Shown: positions 27,437-36,549 of the stretch, piece after piece
How positions within the stretch are numbered: the first letter of the stretch is position 1
Layout of the letters: each line of letters begins with the position of its first letter
Notes under the pieces: model-generated
Told to the model about the DNA's origin: nothing
Databases searched by the model: none
The model's input: only the letters and a program-made list of their open reading frames with translations
Translations under genes and position numbers: made by a program
Virus record (IMG/VR): IMGVR_UViG_3300043642_000037
Location: 92,127-156,126 of that record
Source of the DNA: a virus
Lineage: Duplodnaviria; Caudoviricetes
Direction: 5' to 3' (one strand)
DNA length: 64,000 nt

Positions 27437-30400
27437 ATGGAAGAACTCGCCCTGTTCACCTCACCACCCACGGTGCGAAAGCGCGATGGCGTAACGACGC
27501 AAGCGTTCGACGTCTCTAAAATAATGGTTGCGATACGAAAGGCGTGGGTCGAGGTCGAAGGGGGCGAGCCGAAGCCAGCGGTGCTGCGCGGCGTGGCATT
27601 CAAGGTCGCGCGAGTGCTGGGCGACGAGGAGGTCGAGGTCGAGCGCATCCAGGACGCAGTCGAGACCGCCCTGATGTCGACGGGATGCTTCGCGGTCGCC
27701 AAGGCGTACATCCTGTACCGGCAGAAGCGCGCCGAGGCTCGCCGGGCTCGGCGGGCTCTGGACCCGAGCGCGATCGCCAACTACATCCACGCAAGCAAGT
27801 ACGCCCGGTATCAGCCGTCCCTGCTTCGTCGCGAGGTCTACGAGGAGACCGTGGCCCGAGTCGAGGCGATGCACCTGCGGAGGTACGGGGGCATCCCGGG
27901 CATGCGCGAGGAGATCGCGTGGGCGTTCGGCCTGGTCCGCGACAAGCGCGTCCTGCCGTCGATGCGCTCGATGCAATTCGGCGGCGCGGCGATCGAAACC
28001 ACCCACAACAGGATGTACAACTGCTCGTTCACGCTCGTCGACAGGACGCGGGCGTTCGCCGAGGCGATGTTCCTGCTGCTGTCTGGCTGCGGTGTGGGCT
28101 ACTCAGTCCAGTTTGAGCACGTTGGCAAACTTCCTCGGATCGGCTACGTCGACGAGAAGCGCGTCGTGCACCACGTCGTCGCGGACACGATCGAGGGGTG
28201 GGCCGACGCCATGGACGCACTGGTCGCGAGCTACGTCGAGGGCACGCACGTCGAGTTCTCGTACCATCTTATCCGACCTGCGGGGTCTCCGCTGAAGACG
28301 TCGGGTGGTCGCGCGCCCGGGCACATCAAGCTCAAGGCCGCGCTCGAATCGATCCGTCACGTGCTTCACGGAGCGCAGGGCCGGAAGCTCCGCCCGATCG
28401 AGTGCCATCGCATCCTGTGCCACGCGGCCGGCGCGGTGCTGTCCGGCGGGATTCGACGATGCTTGCCTGCAGGCACCCTCGTGCACCTGTCGCGAGGTCT
28501 TGTTCCAATCGAGAATGTACGTGTCGGTGATGTTGCTCGCACAGGAACTGGCTGGTCCCGTGTAACTGACACGATCACGCAAGGCAAGCAGCCGCTCGTA
28601 CGTATCACGACACAGATGGGACTCTTTGAGTGCACGGCCAACCATCGGGTAGCCGTGCTGGTCTCAACCGGTGCGTACGCGTGGAAAACAGCAGGCACAC
28701 TGGAGCAAGGAGATAGACTTGTATTCGTCGAGCATGTCGTGGAAGGTTCAACCACGGAACTACCACTATGGCACTACGAGCGCTTGGAAAGCGACCATAC
28801 GAGCGTGAACATTCAAGTTCCCAACCTGGACAACGATGTTGCATGGTTATTGGGCTACCTACATGGCAATGGCTATGTACACGTGAATCGAACGTCCAAA
28901 GACGGTGGATCCAACGTTGTTTCGTTCTCGATGAACGACTCTGACGCGGAAACCGCAGCCCGCGTGCATCGGCTGAGATCAACGCTGGCTCGGTTCGGTG
29001 TCAGTGTGCGCGATGCTAAATTAGAGGGCGAGAATACACGAAGAGTATCAGCAGCAAGCAAACAGCTCGCGCTCTATTTCGAATACTTCAAACGACCTAG
29101 TCAGCATCTGCAGGTTCCCACCTGCATTCTGGAAGGTAAACCAGCTCTGCGGGCAGCTTATCTTGCAGGGTTATTTGACGCAGATGGCGCCGCAGGTAAT
29201 CGTCCGATTCTACTCGTCGCGTCCGTGTATCCTCGCTTCTTGGCGCAAGTCCAAGCAGTCTACGCCAGCCTCGGAATCGTGACACGTCTCAAGCTAAATC
29301 GCCCAGAAGACGGACAATGGCAAGCTTTGTGGCATTTGGTGCTCGTCGGAGAGCTGCCCCGCTCCGTATTCGACGCCCGGGTCGCACCTCATGCATTGAA
29401 GCGAGCTACTGAACGCGTAGGCTCTCAGTTCGACTACGGTTACCCGCGCGCATTCATATTGTCTGAGAATGTCAACTACGATAAGCGCTGGAGCCCGACA
29501 AGCCAGCAAATGACTGCAGGCACATTCGAGCGGTGCGGCGGTGACCGACGCGGACTCCTGCCTGTCGCTGTCATCGGAGTCGAGGTTAACGTCCGTGAGG
29601 ACGAAACCTTCGACCTCTCAATCGAAGACAACCATGAATTCGTAGTCAATGGTCTTCTCGTCCACAACAGCGCCATGATCTCGCTATTCTCTTCCGACGA
29701 CGGTGAGATGATGGTGTGCAAGACCGGCGACTGGTGGAAGGAGAATCGCGAACCGTACTTCGCCTACGCCAACAACTCGGTTGCGCTGCTGCGCCACGAG
29801 ACGAAGGAGGCGCAGTTCAAGCGCGTGTTCGAGATGATCCGCGAGTTCGGCGAGCCGGGCTTCGTGTTCCTCGAGCAGAGCCACTACGGGACAAACCCGT
29901 GCGCCGAGATTGGCCTCGACCCGGTGCTCGAAATCGACGTGTCTCTCCTGGACAAACGTCTGGCAAAGGACGACGCGTTCGATGGTCGAGAAACGATGCA
30001 GTACGTCGCGGACAAGGGACGCGGAACCAAGGTCACAGGCTGGGCATTCTGCAACCTCTGCGAGATCAACGCTGCGAAGCTAACCTCGTTCGAAGACTTC
30101 GTCGAGGCTGCCCGTGCGGCAACACTTATCGGCACGCTGCAGGCGGGCTACACCAGCTTCCCGTACCTGGGTTTTGCCAGTGAGCTGATCGCGAGGCGAG
30201 ACGCGCTGCTCGGCATCGGCATGACGGGCATGCTCGACGCGCCTCACATCTCGTGCAACCCCGAGTACCAGCGCGCGATCGCCGGGCGGATCAAGGAGTG
30301 GAACGCCGACTACGCGGCCCAGATCGGCATCAACCCGGCGGCGCGCACGACGTGCGTCAAGCCCAGCGGCACGACGTCTCTCGAGCTGGGGAGCGTCGGC

Positions 30401-30964
30401 AGCGGCCATCACGCGCATCACGCCCGACGCTACGTCCGCCGCGTGACCGCCGACGAGTACGAGACGGTGTTCCAGGCCTTCAAGGCCGCGAACCCGCACA
30501 TGTGCGTGCGCAAGCCCGACGGCAAGTACGTGATCGAGTTCCCGGTCCAGGCGCCCGACGGCGCGATCATCAAGAAGGACATCGGCGCGATCGAGTTCCT
30601 CGAGATGGTGCGCTCGACGCAGCAGAACTGGGTGCTTCCCGGGACCGACGACTCCGGCAGATCCCCGGGCCTAAACCACAACGTCAGCAACACGGTCAAC
30701 GTCGCGCCTCACGAGTGGGACCAGGTCGCCGACTACCTGTGGACCCACCGCGACAGCTTCACGGGCGTCTCGCTGCTCCCCGAGGACCCGGTCCTGCCGT
30801 TCATGCCGTTTGAGGACGCGACCACAGGGGACTCGGAGCGCCGATGGAATGAGCTGGTCGCGAAGTACCAACCGCTGGATTACGCTTCGATCGTCGAGAC
30901 CGAGGACGGGACGGACCTCGCGGGCGAAGTTGCATGTCAGGGCGGTTCTTGCTCGATTGTGTGA
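27437..30964 (+). CDS. nrdJ: Class II (adenosylcobalamin) ribonucleotide reductase, monomeric type, with ATP cone and an intein
   Basis: ATP cone VRKRDG..FDVSKI..AKAYILYR; PSMR, YNCSF, GCGVGYS, TNPCAEI, CNLCEIN, TCVKPSGT, C-terminal CQGGSC. ATG at 27437 follows AAGGAG. Confidence 0.92.
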   Translation: MEELALFTSPPTVRKRDGVTTQAFDVSKIMVAIRKAWVEVEGGEPKPAVLRGVAFKVARVLGDEEVEVERIQDAVETALMSTGCFAVAKAYILYRQKRAEARRARRALDPSAIANYIHASKYARYQPSLLRREVYEETVARVEAMHLRRYGGIPGMREEIAWAFGLVRDKRVLPSMRSMQFGGAAIETTHNRMYNCSFTLVDRTRAFAEAMFLLLSGCGVGYSVQFEHVGKLPRIGYVDEKRVVHHVVADTIEGWADAMDALVASYVEGTHVEFSYHLIRPAGSPLKTSGGRAPGHIKLKAALESIRHVLHGAQGRKLRPIECHRILCHAAGAVLSGGIRRCLPAGTLVHLSRGLVPIENVRVGDVARTGTGWSRVTDTITQGKQPLVRITTQMGLFECTANHRVAVLVSTGAYAWKTAGTLEQGDRLVFVEHVVEGSTTELPLWHYERLESDHTSVNIQVPNLDNDVAWLLGYLHGNGYVHVNRTSKDGGSNVVSFSMNDSDAETAARVHRLRSTLARFGVSVRDAKLEGENTRRVSAASKQLALYFEYFKRPSQHLQVPTCILEGKPALRAAYLAGLFDADGAAGNRPILLVASVYPRFLAQVQAVYASLGIVTRLKLNRPEDGQWQALWHLVLVGELPRSVFDARVAPHALKRATERVGSQFDYGYPRAFILSENVNYDKRWSPTSQQMTAGTFERCGGDRRGLLPVAVIGVEVNVREDETFDLSIEDNHEFVVNGLLVHNSAMISLFSSDDGEMMVCKTGDWWKENREPYFAYANNSVALLRHETKEAQFKRVFEMIREFGEPGFVFLEQSHYGTNPCAEIGLDPVLEIDVSLLDKRLAKDDAFDGRETMQYVADKGRGTKVTGWAFCNLCEINAAKLTSFEDFVEAARAATLIGTLQAGYTSFPYLGFASELIARRDALLGIGMTGMLDAPHISCNPEYQRAIAGRIKEWNADYAAQIGINPAARTTCVKPSGTTSLELGSVGSGHHAHHARRYVRRVTADEYETVFQAFKAANPHMCVRKPDGKYVIEFPVQAPDGAIIKKDIGAIEFLEMVRSTQQNWVLPGTDDSGRSPGLNHNVSNTVNVAPHEWDQVADYLWTHRDSFTGVSLLPEDPVLPFMPFEDATTGDSERRWNELVAKYQPLDYASIVETEDGTDLAGEVACQGGSCSIV
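28460..29668 (+). mobile_element. Intein with LAGLIDADG homing endonuclease (403 aa) in nrdJ
   Basis: GGIRR|CLPAGTLV ... TANHRV ... LLGYLHGNG ... LAGLFDADG ... FVVNGLLVHN|SAMIS; visibly more AT-rich than the exteins. Confidence 0.95.
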
Positions 30965-30976
30965 TAAACATTGAGC

Positions 30977-31186
30977 ATGCAAACATGCAGCAACTGTAAC
31001 GATTCGTTCGATGACTCCAAAGACGGTCTCGTCGTCACTGGCAAAGGCAAGCACGTGGCCGCCATCTGCGGCGCGTGCTGCGCCGACGTTCGCGTGGGAA
31101 AGATCGTGGTCCGCCGTCCGGACCACGGAGGCTATGTCTACGATCAGTGGTTACCCACCGAAGTGATGGGTGGAGCGGCGGGCTAA
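30977..31186 (+). CDS. small zinc-binding hypothetical protein
   Basis: CSNC and CGAC motifs. Confidence 0.55.
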   Translation: MQTCSNCNDSFDDSKDGLVVTGKGKHVAAICGACCADVRVGKIVVRRPDHGGYVYDQWLPTEVMGGAAG

Positions 31187-33594
31187 CCTATGCCTTCAGC
31201 AACGTAAAACACTGCACGGTGAATTTTGGTTGGCGTGCCGCTATTGAATACGTTGCTGTGTACGTATGCAATATATCTATAATCCACAATCGAAGCTGAA
31301 TCGAATAATCCTGGGCTGGTTATGTTTACAGTGTCTCTAGTGGTAGTGTGCCATTTAGTACCGTCGCACCATATCGGTGATCCGTAAGCTTTACGGGGAA
31401 TACCACCACCCGGTGTTAGAGGCGTAATTCCACCGCCTACTTCGAGAGTTTCTAGTCCCACGCGCTTGAAAGATGGCGAGGCGCCATTTGTTATCAAATT
31501 AACAGGGGGAAATATAGAGTCTCCAAAACCTGAAGATTCAAACATTGTTTCGATAAAACCTAGGGCACTATTTCCCTGCTCGCTTACCAAGCCTACGCCA
31601 ATTAGACGACCTCGGTTAGTTGGGCATGGAATAATTACTCGATCTTGTTGAGACGTTAATGCACTGATGTTTCGAATATTTCGCTTAAACCCTGGATTGC
31701 CACCTGCAATAACATCTCCCGCCTTACCAGACAATGTCCACGCATCGTCATTGTACATCATGTTTACAGGGTACACTGTGTATACTTTGACACCGAGCGG
31801 CATTCGTTGATCGTGAACTACTGCAGTCGTATCCAGATACAAATCACCATTAAAGGGGCCAGTCCCTGTATAGTTCTTTCCGGATACTACGTAACAGATC
31901 GGCACAAATCCGGTATCAGGAGCGGGGTACGCCGGTATAGCTCCCGGCGTGCCTGTTTTTACGTTTACAGTTGCACTAACCACGCTTGACGGTGAGACAC
32001 CCGTCCATTGAAGTCGGATTTGAATCAGATCCGCTCTTGGATTGACGCCATTGCCGTTAGCAATAGTGAATTGGTCAGTACCAGGAAGCGTAAACGAAAT
32101 AAACGTGGCCTGTGGACTGCTCGGCACACGCTGGAAAACAGTGCCGGATGATATCCGAACAATATTATTCGAAGATCCCTGTATTGGAATACCTGCACTT
32201 ATCGTAGCTGCGTAACACCATTCAGTGCCTGTTCCATCGGAACCTGCAGTTACGTTTCGCATCTCAGGGTTCGCGGCGGCCCCTAAGTCACCGGGCACGA
32301 GTTGAGCGGCGAGTCCATCAAGAAGGCGTACTGCGTTCTGGTTCTTCGTGTCGTTGATGAGCGTGATCAAGCTACCGATCTGAGCAAATAACGTGCCTGC
32401 AGGAACATCAGACGTAGGGCCTGCAGCAGCCCCCGCGATCTTCGCCGTTCCCGATCCGGATCCGAGGTCCGTTATGATCTTGTCGAGCTGAGTCTCGACA
32501 GACGCAGCGGGGTTAGTGGTTCCATCGGCCCAGTTGGGCCCACCGCTGTACGTGATACCCTGCGCCGACCCGCTCAAGGGGAAGTTGACTGCGCCCGCAG
32601 GGACTTCAATGCCCGTACCGAACACTAATTTGCTCAAGAGCACTTTGCAGACGGGTAACGCGTTGACCAAAAACTCTGGATGAACCCGGCTGTTGAACAG
32701 TGACCCCGCAGGCACAGAGGTGTTGCTGTTTTCGACAAGAGACTGTCGCCGCCCTCCTGTGGAGGCGAGGTCAGTCATCATGTCATAGCGAATGCATAGC
32801 GTATCACCCTCAGCCAGGGCCTGTGTCGGATTGCTGGCGAAGAAGCCCGACATCGTAGCTGGAACGATCTGGTGACCTTCCGCGTCATAGTTGCCTGTAA
32901 CTAGTTGCCGAGCCTGCGGAACGAGAAGGAAGTCGCCCGACGATGCTCCGCCTTCGAGCGCCGCGGTCACAAGTTGTGTGTTGTCCGGGGCAGGAGGAAT
33001 TAGCCCGTTGAGCGCAGTGATCACAGCACCTAGTGTGGTGGTTCCCGTAGCCACGATCTTAATCGTTCTTCGGAGCCCAATCTCGACGTCGAGCGCGCAC
33101 GAGAACGAAGCACCAGACACCACGGTTACGTTGATTTGATCGCCAGCAGCATAACTCCGGCGTCGGCTTGTCACCGAAATAGCGTTCGCACTGTCGCTGG
33201 ACCGCTTGAGATGTAAGACACCGAAGAAAGATGCGATAGGCAAAGCCCCAAGGCCTCCCTGTAGAGTGCCCGGCGTGAGTATGGGTACCAGCCAGAGCGT
33301 GTTGGTGAGCACGGGAATTCCGCTTGCAGAAGTTGTAGTACTGCCCGGCCACGTGATCCCACCAAGGCAGAACGCGACGAAGTTGCGGTCCGAGTCGCGG
33401 AGATACAGCGAGTCCGTCATGACGTCGCGGATGGCCTCGGTGCGCTGGCGCAGGCTCTCACTCGGGCGCGCGAGGACCGTCCCGCTCACGCCCTCGCCGT
33501 CAGCCATCGGCTGGATGCTCGCAGCGTTGTTCTCGCCAGTGTCGTTGTTGGTGTTGCCCGTGAAGTCGACGAACTGCTTTACGTTTCCTGACAT
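31183..33594 (-). CDS. Tail fibre / receptor-binding-like virion protein
   Basis: Last gene of the baseplate block; Gly/Thr/Ser/Asn-rich; AT-rich distal part. Confidence 0.65.
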   Translation of the reverse strand: MSGNVKQFVDFTGNTNNDTGENNAASIQPMADGEGVSGTVLARPSESLRQRTEAIRDVMTDSLYLRDSDRNFVAFCLGGITWPGSTTTSASGIPVLTNTLWLVPILTPGTLQGGLGALPIASFFGVLHLKRSSDSANAISVTSRRRSYAAGDQINVTVVSGASFSCALDVEIGLRRTIKIVATGTTTLGAVITALNGLIPPAPDNTQLVTAALEGGASSGDFLLVPQARQLVTGNYDAEGHQIVPATMSGFFASNPTQALAEGDTLCIRYDMMTDLASTGGRRQSLVENSNTSVPAGSLFNSRVHPEFLVNALPVCKVLLSKLVFGTGIEVPAGAVNFPLSGSAQGITYSGGPNWADGTTNPAASVETQLDKIITDLGSGSGTAKIAGAAAGPTSDVPAGTLFAQIGSLITLINDTKNQNAVRLLDGLAAQLVPGDLGAAANPEMRNVTAGSDGTGTEWCYAATISAGIPIQGSSNNIVRISSGTVFQRVPSSPQATFISFTLPGTDQFTIANGNGVNPRADLIQIRLQWTGVSPSSVVSATVNVKTGTPGAIPAYPAPDTGFVPICYVVSGKNYTGTGPFNGDLYLDTTAVVHDQRMPLGVKVYTVYPVNMMYNDDAWTLSGKAGDVIAGGNPGFKRNIRNISALTSQQDRVIIPCPTNRGRLIGVGLVSEQGNSALGFIETMFESSGFGDSIFPPVNLITNGASPSFKRVGLETLEVGGGITPLTPGGGIPRKAYGSPIWCDGTKWHTTTRDTVNITSPGLFDSASIVDYRYIAYVHSNVFNSGTPTKIHRAVFYVAEGIG

Positions 33595-33606
33595 GGCCAG
33601 CTCCGT

Positions 33607-34188
33607 TCAGGGAATCGCGGTGAACGCGATCGTCCAGGAGTAATCGATCACGATCGAGATCGTCTTTAGGACGTCGGGATGGACCTGCCGCGCGAGCATG
33701 CGCGTCGCGCCCGGGGTCGTTCCTGGCGTGTCGCTGGTCGACGGGGCCGCGCCCGCCGTGAACAAGGCGGCCTCGCGCAGCGTCGACCCGTTGGCGTCAC
33801 CGGAGTCCAGCGTCGTGACGAACTGGATCTCGCCGGGCGCGCCGGTCACCTTGCCGACGTCGCCGAGCACCTTGCCGATCACGAAGGCGCCGAGGTTGGT
33901 GTCGGAGCGCTGGGCGGCCGTGTTGGAGCTGCCCATCCGCATCGAGTACACGAGGTTCCGCGCCGGCGTGGGATCGGTCGTCCGCTGCGCGATCAGCTCG
34001 ACCAGCAGGTCCGCGGCGAGGAACGTGATCTTGTTCCGGACCTCGTAGGCGCGGCGAACCTCCCGCGTGCGGGCGTCCCGGATCGTGAGCCCGACGCGTC
34101 CCCACATGGGCACGCCGTCGAGACCCTCCTGCTTCGTTCGTTGAGTGCGCAAGGTTCGCTCCAGCATGGGGTCAATGGGGACTGACAA
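33607..34188 (-). CDS. Baseplate/tail-fibre attachment (collar-like) protein
   Basis: NKIT..MGSSNTAAQRSDTNL..ANGSTLREAALF..ARQVHPDVLKT pattern seen in myovirus fibre N-terminal/collar domains. Confidence 0.6.
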   Translation of the reverse strand: MSVPIDPMLERTLRTQRTKQEGLDGVPMWGRVGLTIRDARTREVRRAYEVRNKITFLAADLLVELIAQRTTDPTPARNLVYSMRMGSSNTAAQRSDTNLGAFVIGKVLGDVGKVTGAPGEIQFVTTLDSGDANGSTLREAALFTAGAAPSTSDTPGTTPGATRMLARQVHPDVLKTISIVIDYSWTIAFTAIP

Positions 34189-36547
34189 TCAAGGCGCGCT
34201 CGACCATACCGAGGTCGCGCGGGGCCGTGGGTGGGTTGGCGGTCCCGTCCCAACCGGCCGCGGCCGGGTCGAACGCGGCCGTGGTCAGGGCGGGATCGAC
34301 GCCGCTGATCAGCAGGGGCATGTCGCCGATTCCCTTCGGCCCGTCGGCGAGGTTTCCGATGTTGAGCTGCCTGTACGTGACGTTGACCGTATTCGAGGCC
34401 CACGCGGTCAGGCGCATGACCGTCCTGCTTCCGTAGCTCACGAAGTAGTCCAGGTTCTCCACGAGCGCTCGGCCGGATGCCGACCCGGCCAGGTGCACGA
34501 TGACCAGGCGGCCGTGGCGCGGCGCGACAGGCGCCCCGGTCAACGCGACCGGCACCCCCACCGAAGGGAACGAGGTGGTGACGACAGAGAACTCGTACTT
34601 GAAATAGTCCCCGACGCTCCAGATTCCGGCGCCAATCACCGGGATGGCGTCCGCGTACACGACCTTGTCGGGTCCGAACACGCGGGAGCCGAGAAGGCGG
34701 TTGAACGAGATCGTCGACTCCAGGGCCTGGATCTCGTCGCGGAAGAATGTCTCCGGCGTCGTGAAGGGGAACGTGTGCGACGGTCTCGCTGTGAGCACCA
34801 GTTCGTTGAGGTCCTTCAGGCTCTGGGGAAGCGCGTCACCGACGGCGGCGGCCAGCTCGATGGCGTTAAACTTGATCGAAAACGTGTGGTACTTCAGGTA
34901 CTGGTCCATCAGGACGAACGCCAGACGGTGACGCAGCACGGGCTGCCCCGGGGGAGGGATGAACCCGGTCTCGTCCGCGCCGATCACCAGGCCCGGATCG
35001 CCTATGACCGGACCGTCGGAGGCCCCGATCAGGTGCTCGACGTAGAAGGGGCTCGCGGTGCGGCGCGATATCGTCGGCCGCGCGCCGTCCACGGCCCCGA
35101 ACATCTGCTCCGGGATGACCGCGCCGTGCCACCAGTCGGGAGACTGGACCCAGTCCACGACGGACACGACGGTGGTCAGCGGCGAGAACGACTCGAGCAC
35201 GAGCCCGGACACCAGGTCCGATCGGAACGGGGTTCCCTTGGGAAACGTGTAGGTCGCGACCAGCCCGGCGGGCGGCCGGGACGTCAGCACTCGATCGAAC
35301 TTCGGATCCGACGTGTCCACGGACAGGAACGTCTCCTCGTCGTCGCGAACCACCGGATAGCCGAGCACCACGTTGAGGGCGCTCTCGATCCGCTCCAGCA
35401 CCGGACCCAGCACGTACAACTGGAAGATGCCGGCCAGGAAGGCCCGGTAGGCCTCCGTGCTGGGCAGCGAGCGCCCGATGAGCGAGCCGAAGTTGTTGGC
35501 CAGCGTCCTCCGGTCCACGCGGGCGTCCGGGGCCCACAGCGCGATCTGCAGGACGCGCGCGGTCGACGCGACCCCGATCGCGCCGTTGGTCGCCAGACGC
35601 GGGGAGGGCCCGCTCGCGGGGCGAACCTCCGCCCGCCAGAAGTAGTCCGCCGAGAACGTCCCGGCGCCGCTGATCATCCCGATCCACGACGTGACCGCGA
35701 CGATCAAGCCCTGCTCGTAGTTGATGACGTAGTCGACGCCCTCGACCACGTCCGAGCCGTCGGGCGCCTTGGCGAACACGCGCACGGAGCCGACGTCGAC
35801 GCGAGTGTGCGCGAGCGTGGCCGCGGAGGACGACAGCGTGAACGCCTCGGCGATCACGCGCGGCGCCTGCGGGACGCGGAGCACCGCGTAGTTGATCGAC
35901 GTCAGCGACCCGCCGGTCGGCAGGGGGGCGTCGGGCGCCACGTAGAGACCCTCCAGGCGCGTCAGGATGATCGAGTAGTCCGCCCTGCGCCGCTGTGTCC
36001 CGTCGGATCCGACGTCGAGGATTCGGACGACGTCCCCCTTCCGAACGCCCGTCGTTCGCCAGTCGGCGACGCCCGGGTCGAAGAACCGCCCGCCGACCGC
36101 GACGTCGAGGGCCCGCCGCGCGAATCCGACGAGCGGCGAGCCGTCCCCCGCGGGGTCCGTCGGGTCGACGTGAAAGCGGACCACGCGATCCACGACCTCG
36201 AGATCGAGGTTCGGCTCGAGGGACGCGGTGGGCTCCACGACCCGGTTATCCAGCGACGCGAAGCTGACCACCGGATCCGGCAGGTCGAACGTCCACCGGT
36301 TGTCGAGCGAGGAGAACGACACCTCGTCCTCGCGGATCGCGATCAGCTGGTAGTACTCGCGGTCGAGTACGATCGCGTCCTTGAGCGACACGCTGAGGAC
36401 GCTCGACAGCAGGTCCAGGTACGCCTGACCGAGCTGGATGATCGTGCCCCTGTACAGGGCGTCGAGCTGGTCGGCGTCGGCGAAGAAGCGAGTCCAGAAA
36501 TCACTTAGCCCACGGAGCAACGAATAGGGGTAATCAACGATTGGCAC
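34172..36547 (-). CDS. Baseplate wedge-associated protein
   Basis: Follows baseplate J; EGVDY/ENLDY repeats; ARPSHT motif. Confidence 0.6.
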   Translation of the reverse strand: MPIVDYPYSLLRGLSDFWTRFFADADQLDALYRGTIIQLGQAYLDLLSSVLSVSLKDAIVLDREYYQLIAIREDEVSFSSLDNRWTFDLPDPVVSFASLDNRVVEPTASLEPNLDLEVVDRVVRFHVDPTDPAGDGSPLVGFARRALDVAVGGRFFDPGVADWRTTGVRKGDVVRILDVGSDGTQRRRADYSIILTRLEGLYVAPDAPLPTGGSLTSINYAVLRVPQAPRVIAEAFTLSSSAATLAHTRVDVGSVRVFAKAPDGSDVVEGVDYVINYEQGLIVAVTSWIGMISGAGTFSADYFWRAEVRPASGPSPRLATNGAIGVASTARVLQIALWAPDARVDRRTLANNFGSLIGRSLPSTEAYRAFLAGIFQLYVLGPVLERIESALNVVLGYPVVRDDEETFLSVDTSDPKFDRVLTSRPPAGLVATYTFPKGTPFRSDLVSGLVLESFSPLTTVVSVVDWVQSPDWWHGAVIPEQMFGAVDGARPTISRRTASPFYVEHLIGASDGPVIGDPGLVIGADETGFIPPPGQPVLRHRLAFVLMDQYLKYHTFSIKFNAIELAAAVGDALPQSLKDLNELVLTARPSHTFPFTTPETFFRDEIQALESTISFNRLLGSRVFGPDKVVYADAIPVIGAGIWSVGDYFKYEFSVVTTSFPSVGVPVALTGAPVAPRHGRLVIVHLAGSASGRALVENLDYFVSYGSRTVMRLTAWASNTVNVTYRQLNIGNLADGPKGIGDMPLLISGVDPALTTAAFDPAAAGWDGTANPPTAPRDLGMVERALIVSPH

Positions 36548-36549
36548 GG

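Noticed and set aside
30955-30971. Additional half-site of the palindrome (GATAAACA; similar half-sites near 19175 and 26787)
   Set aside because: Only one arm matches, so not counted as a copy
31183-33594. Diversity-generating retroelement target
   Set aside because: No reverse transcriptase and no template/variable repeat pair were visible in the window
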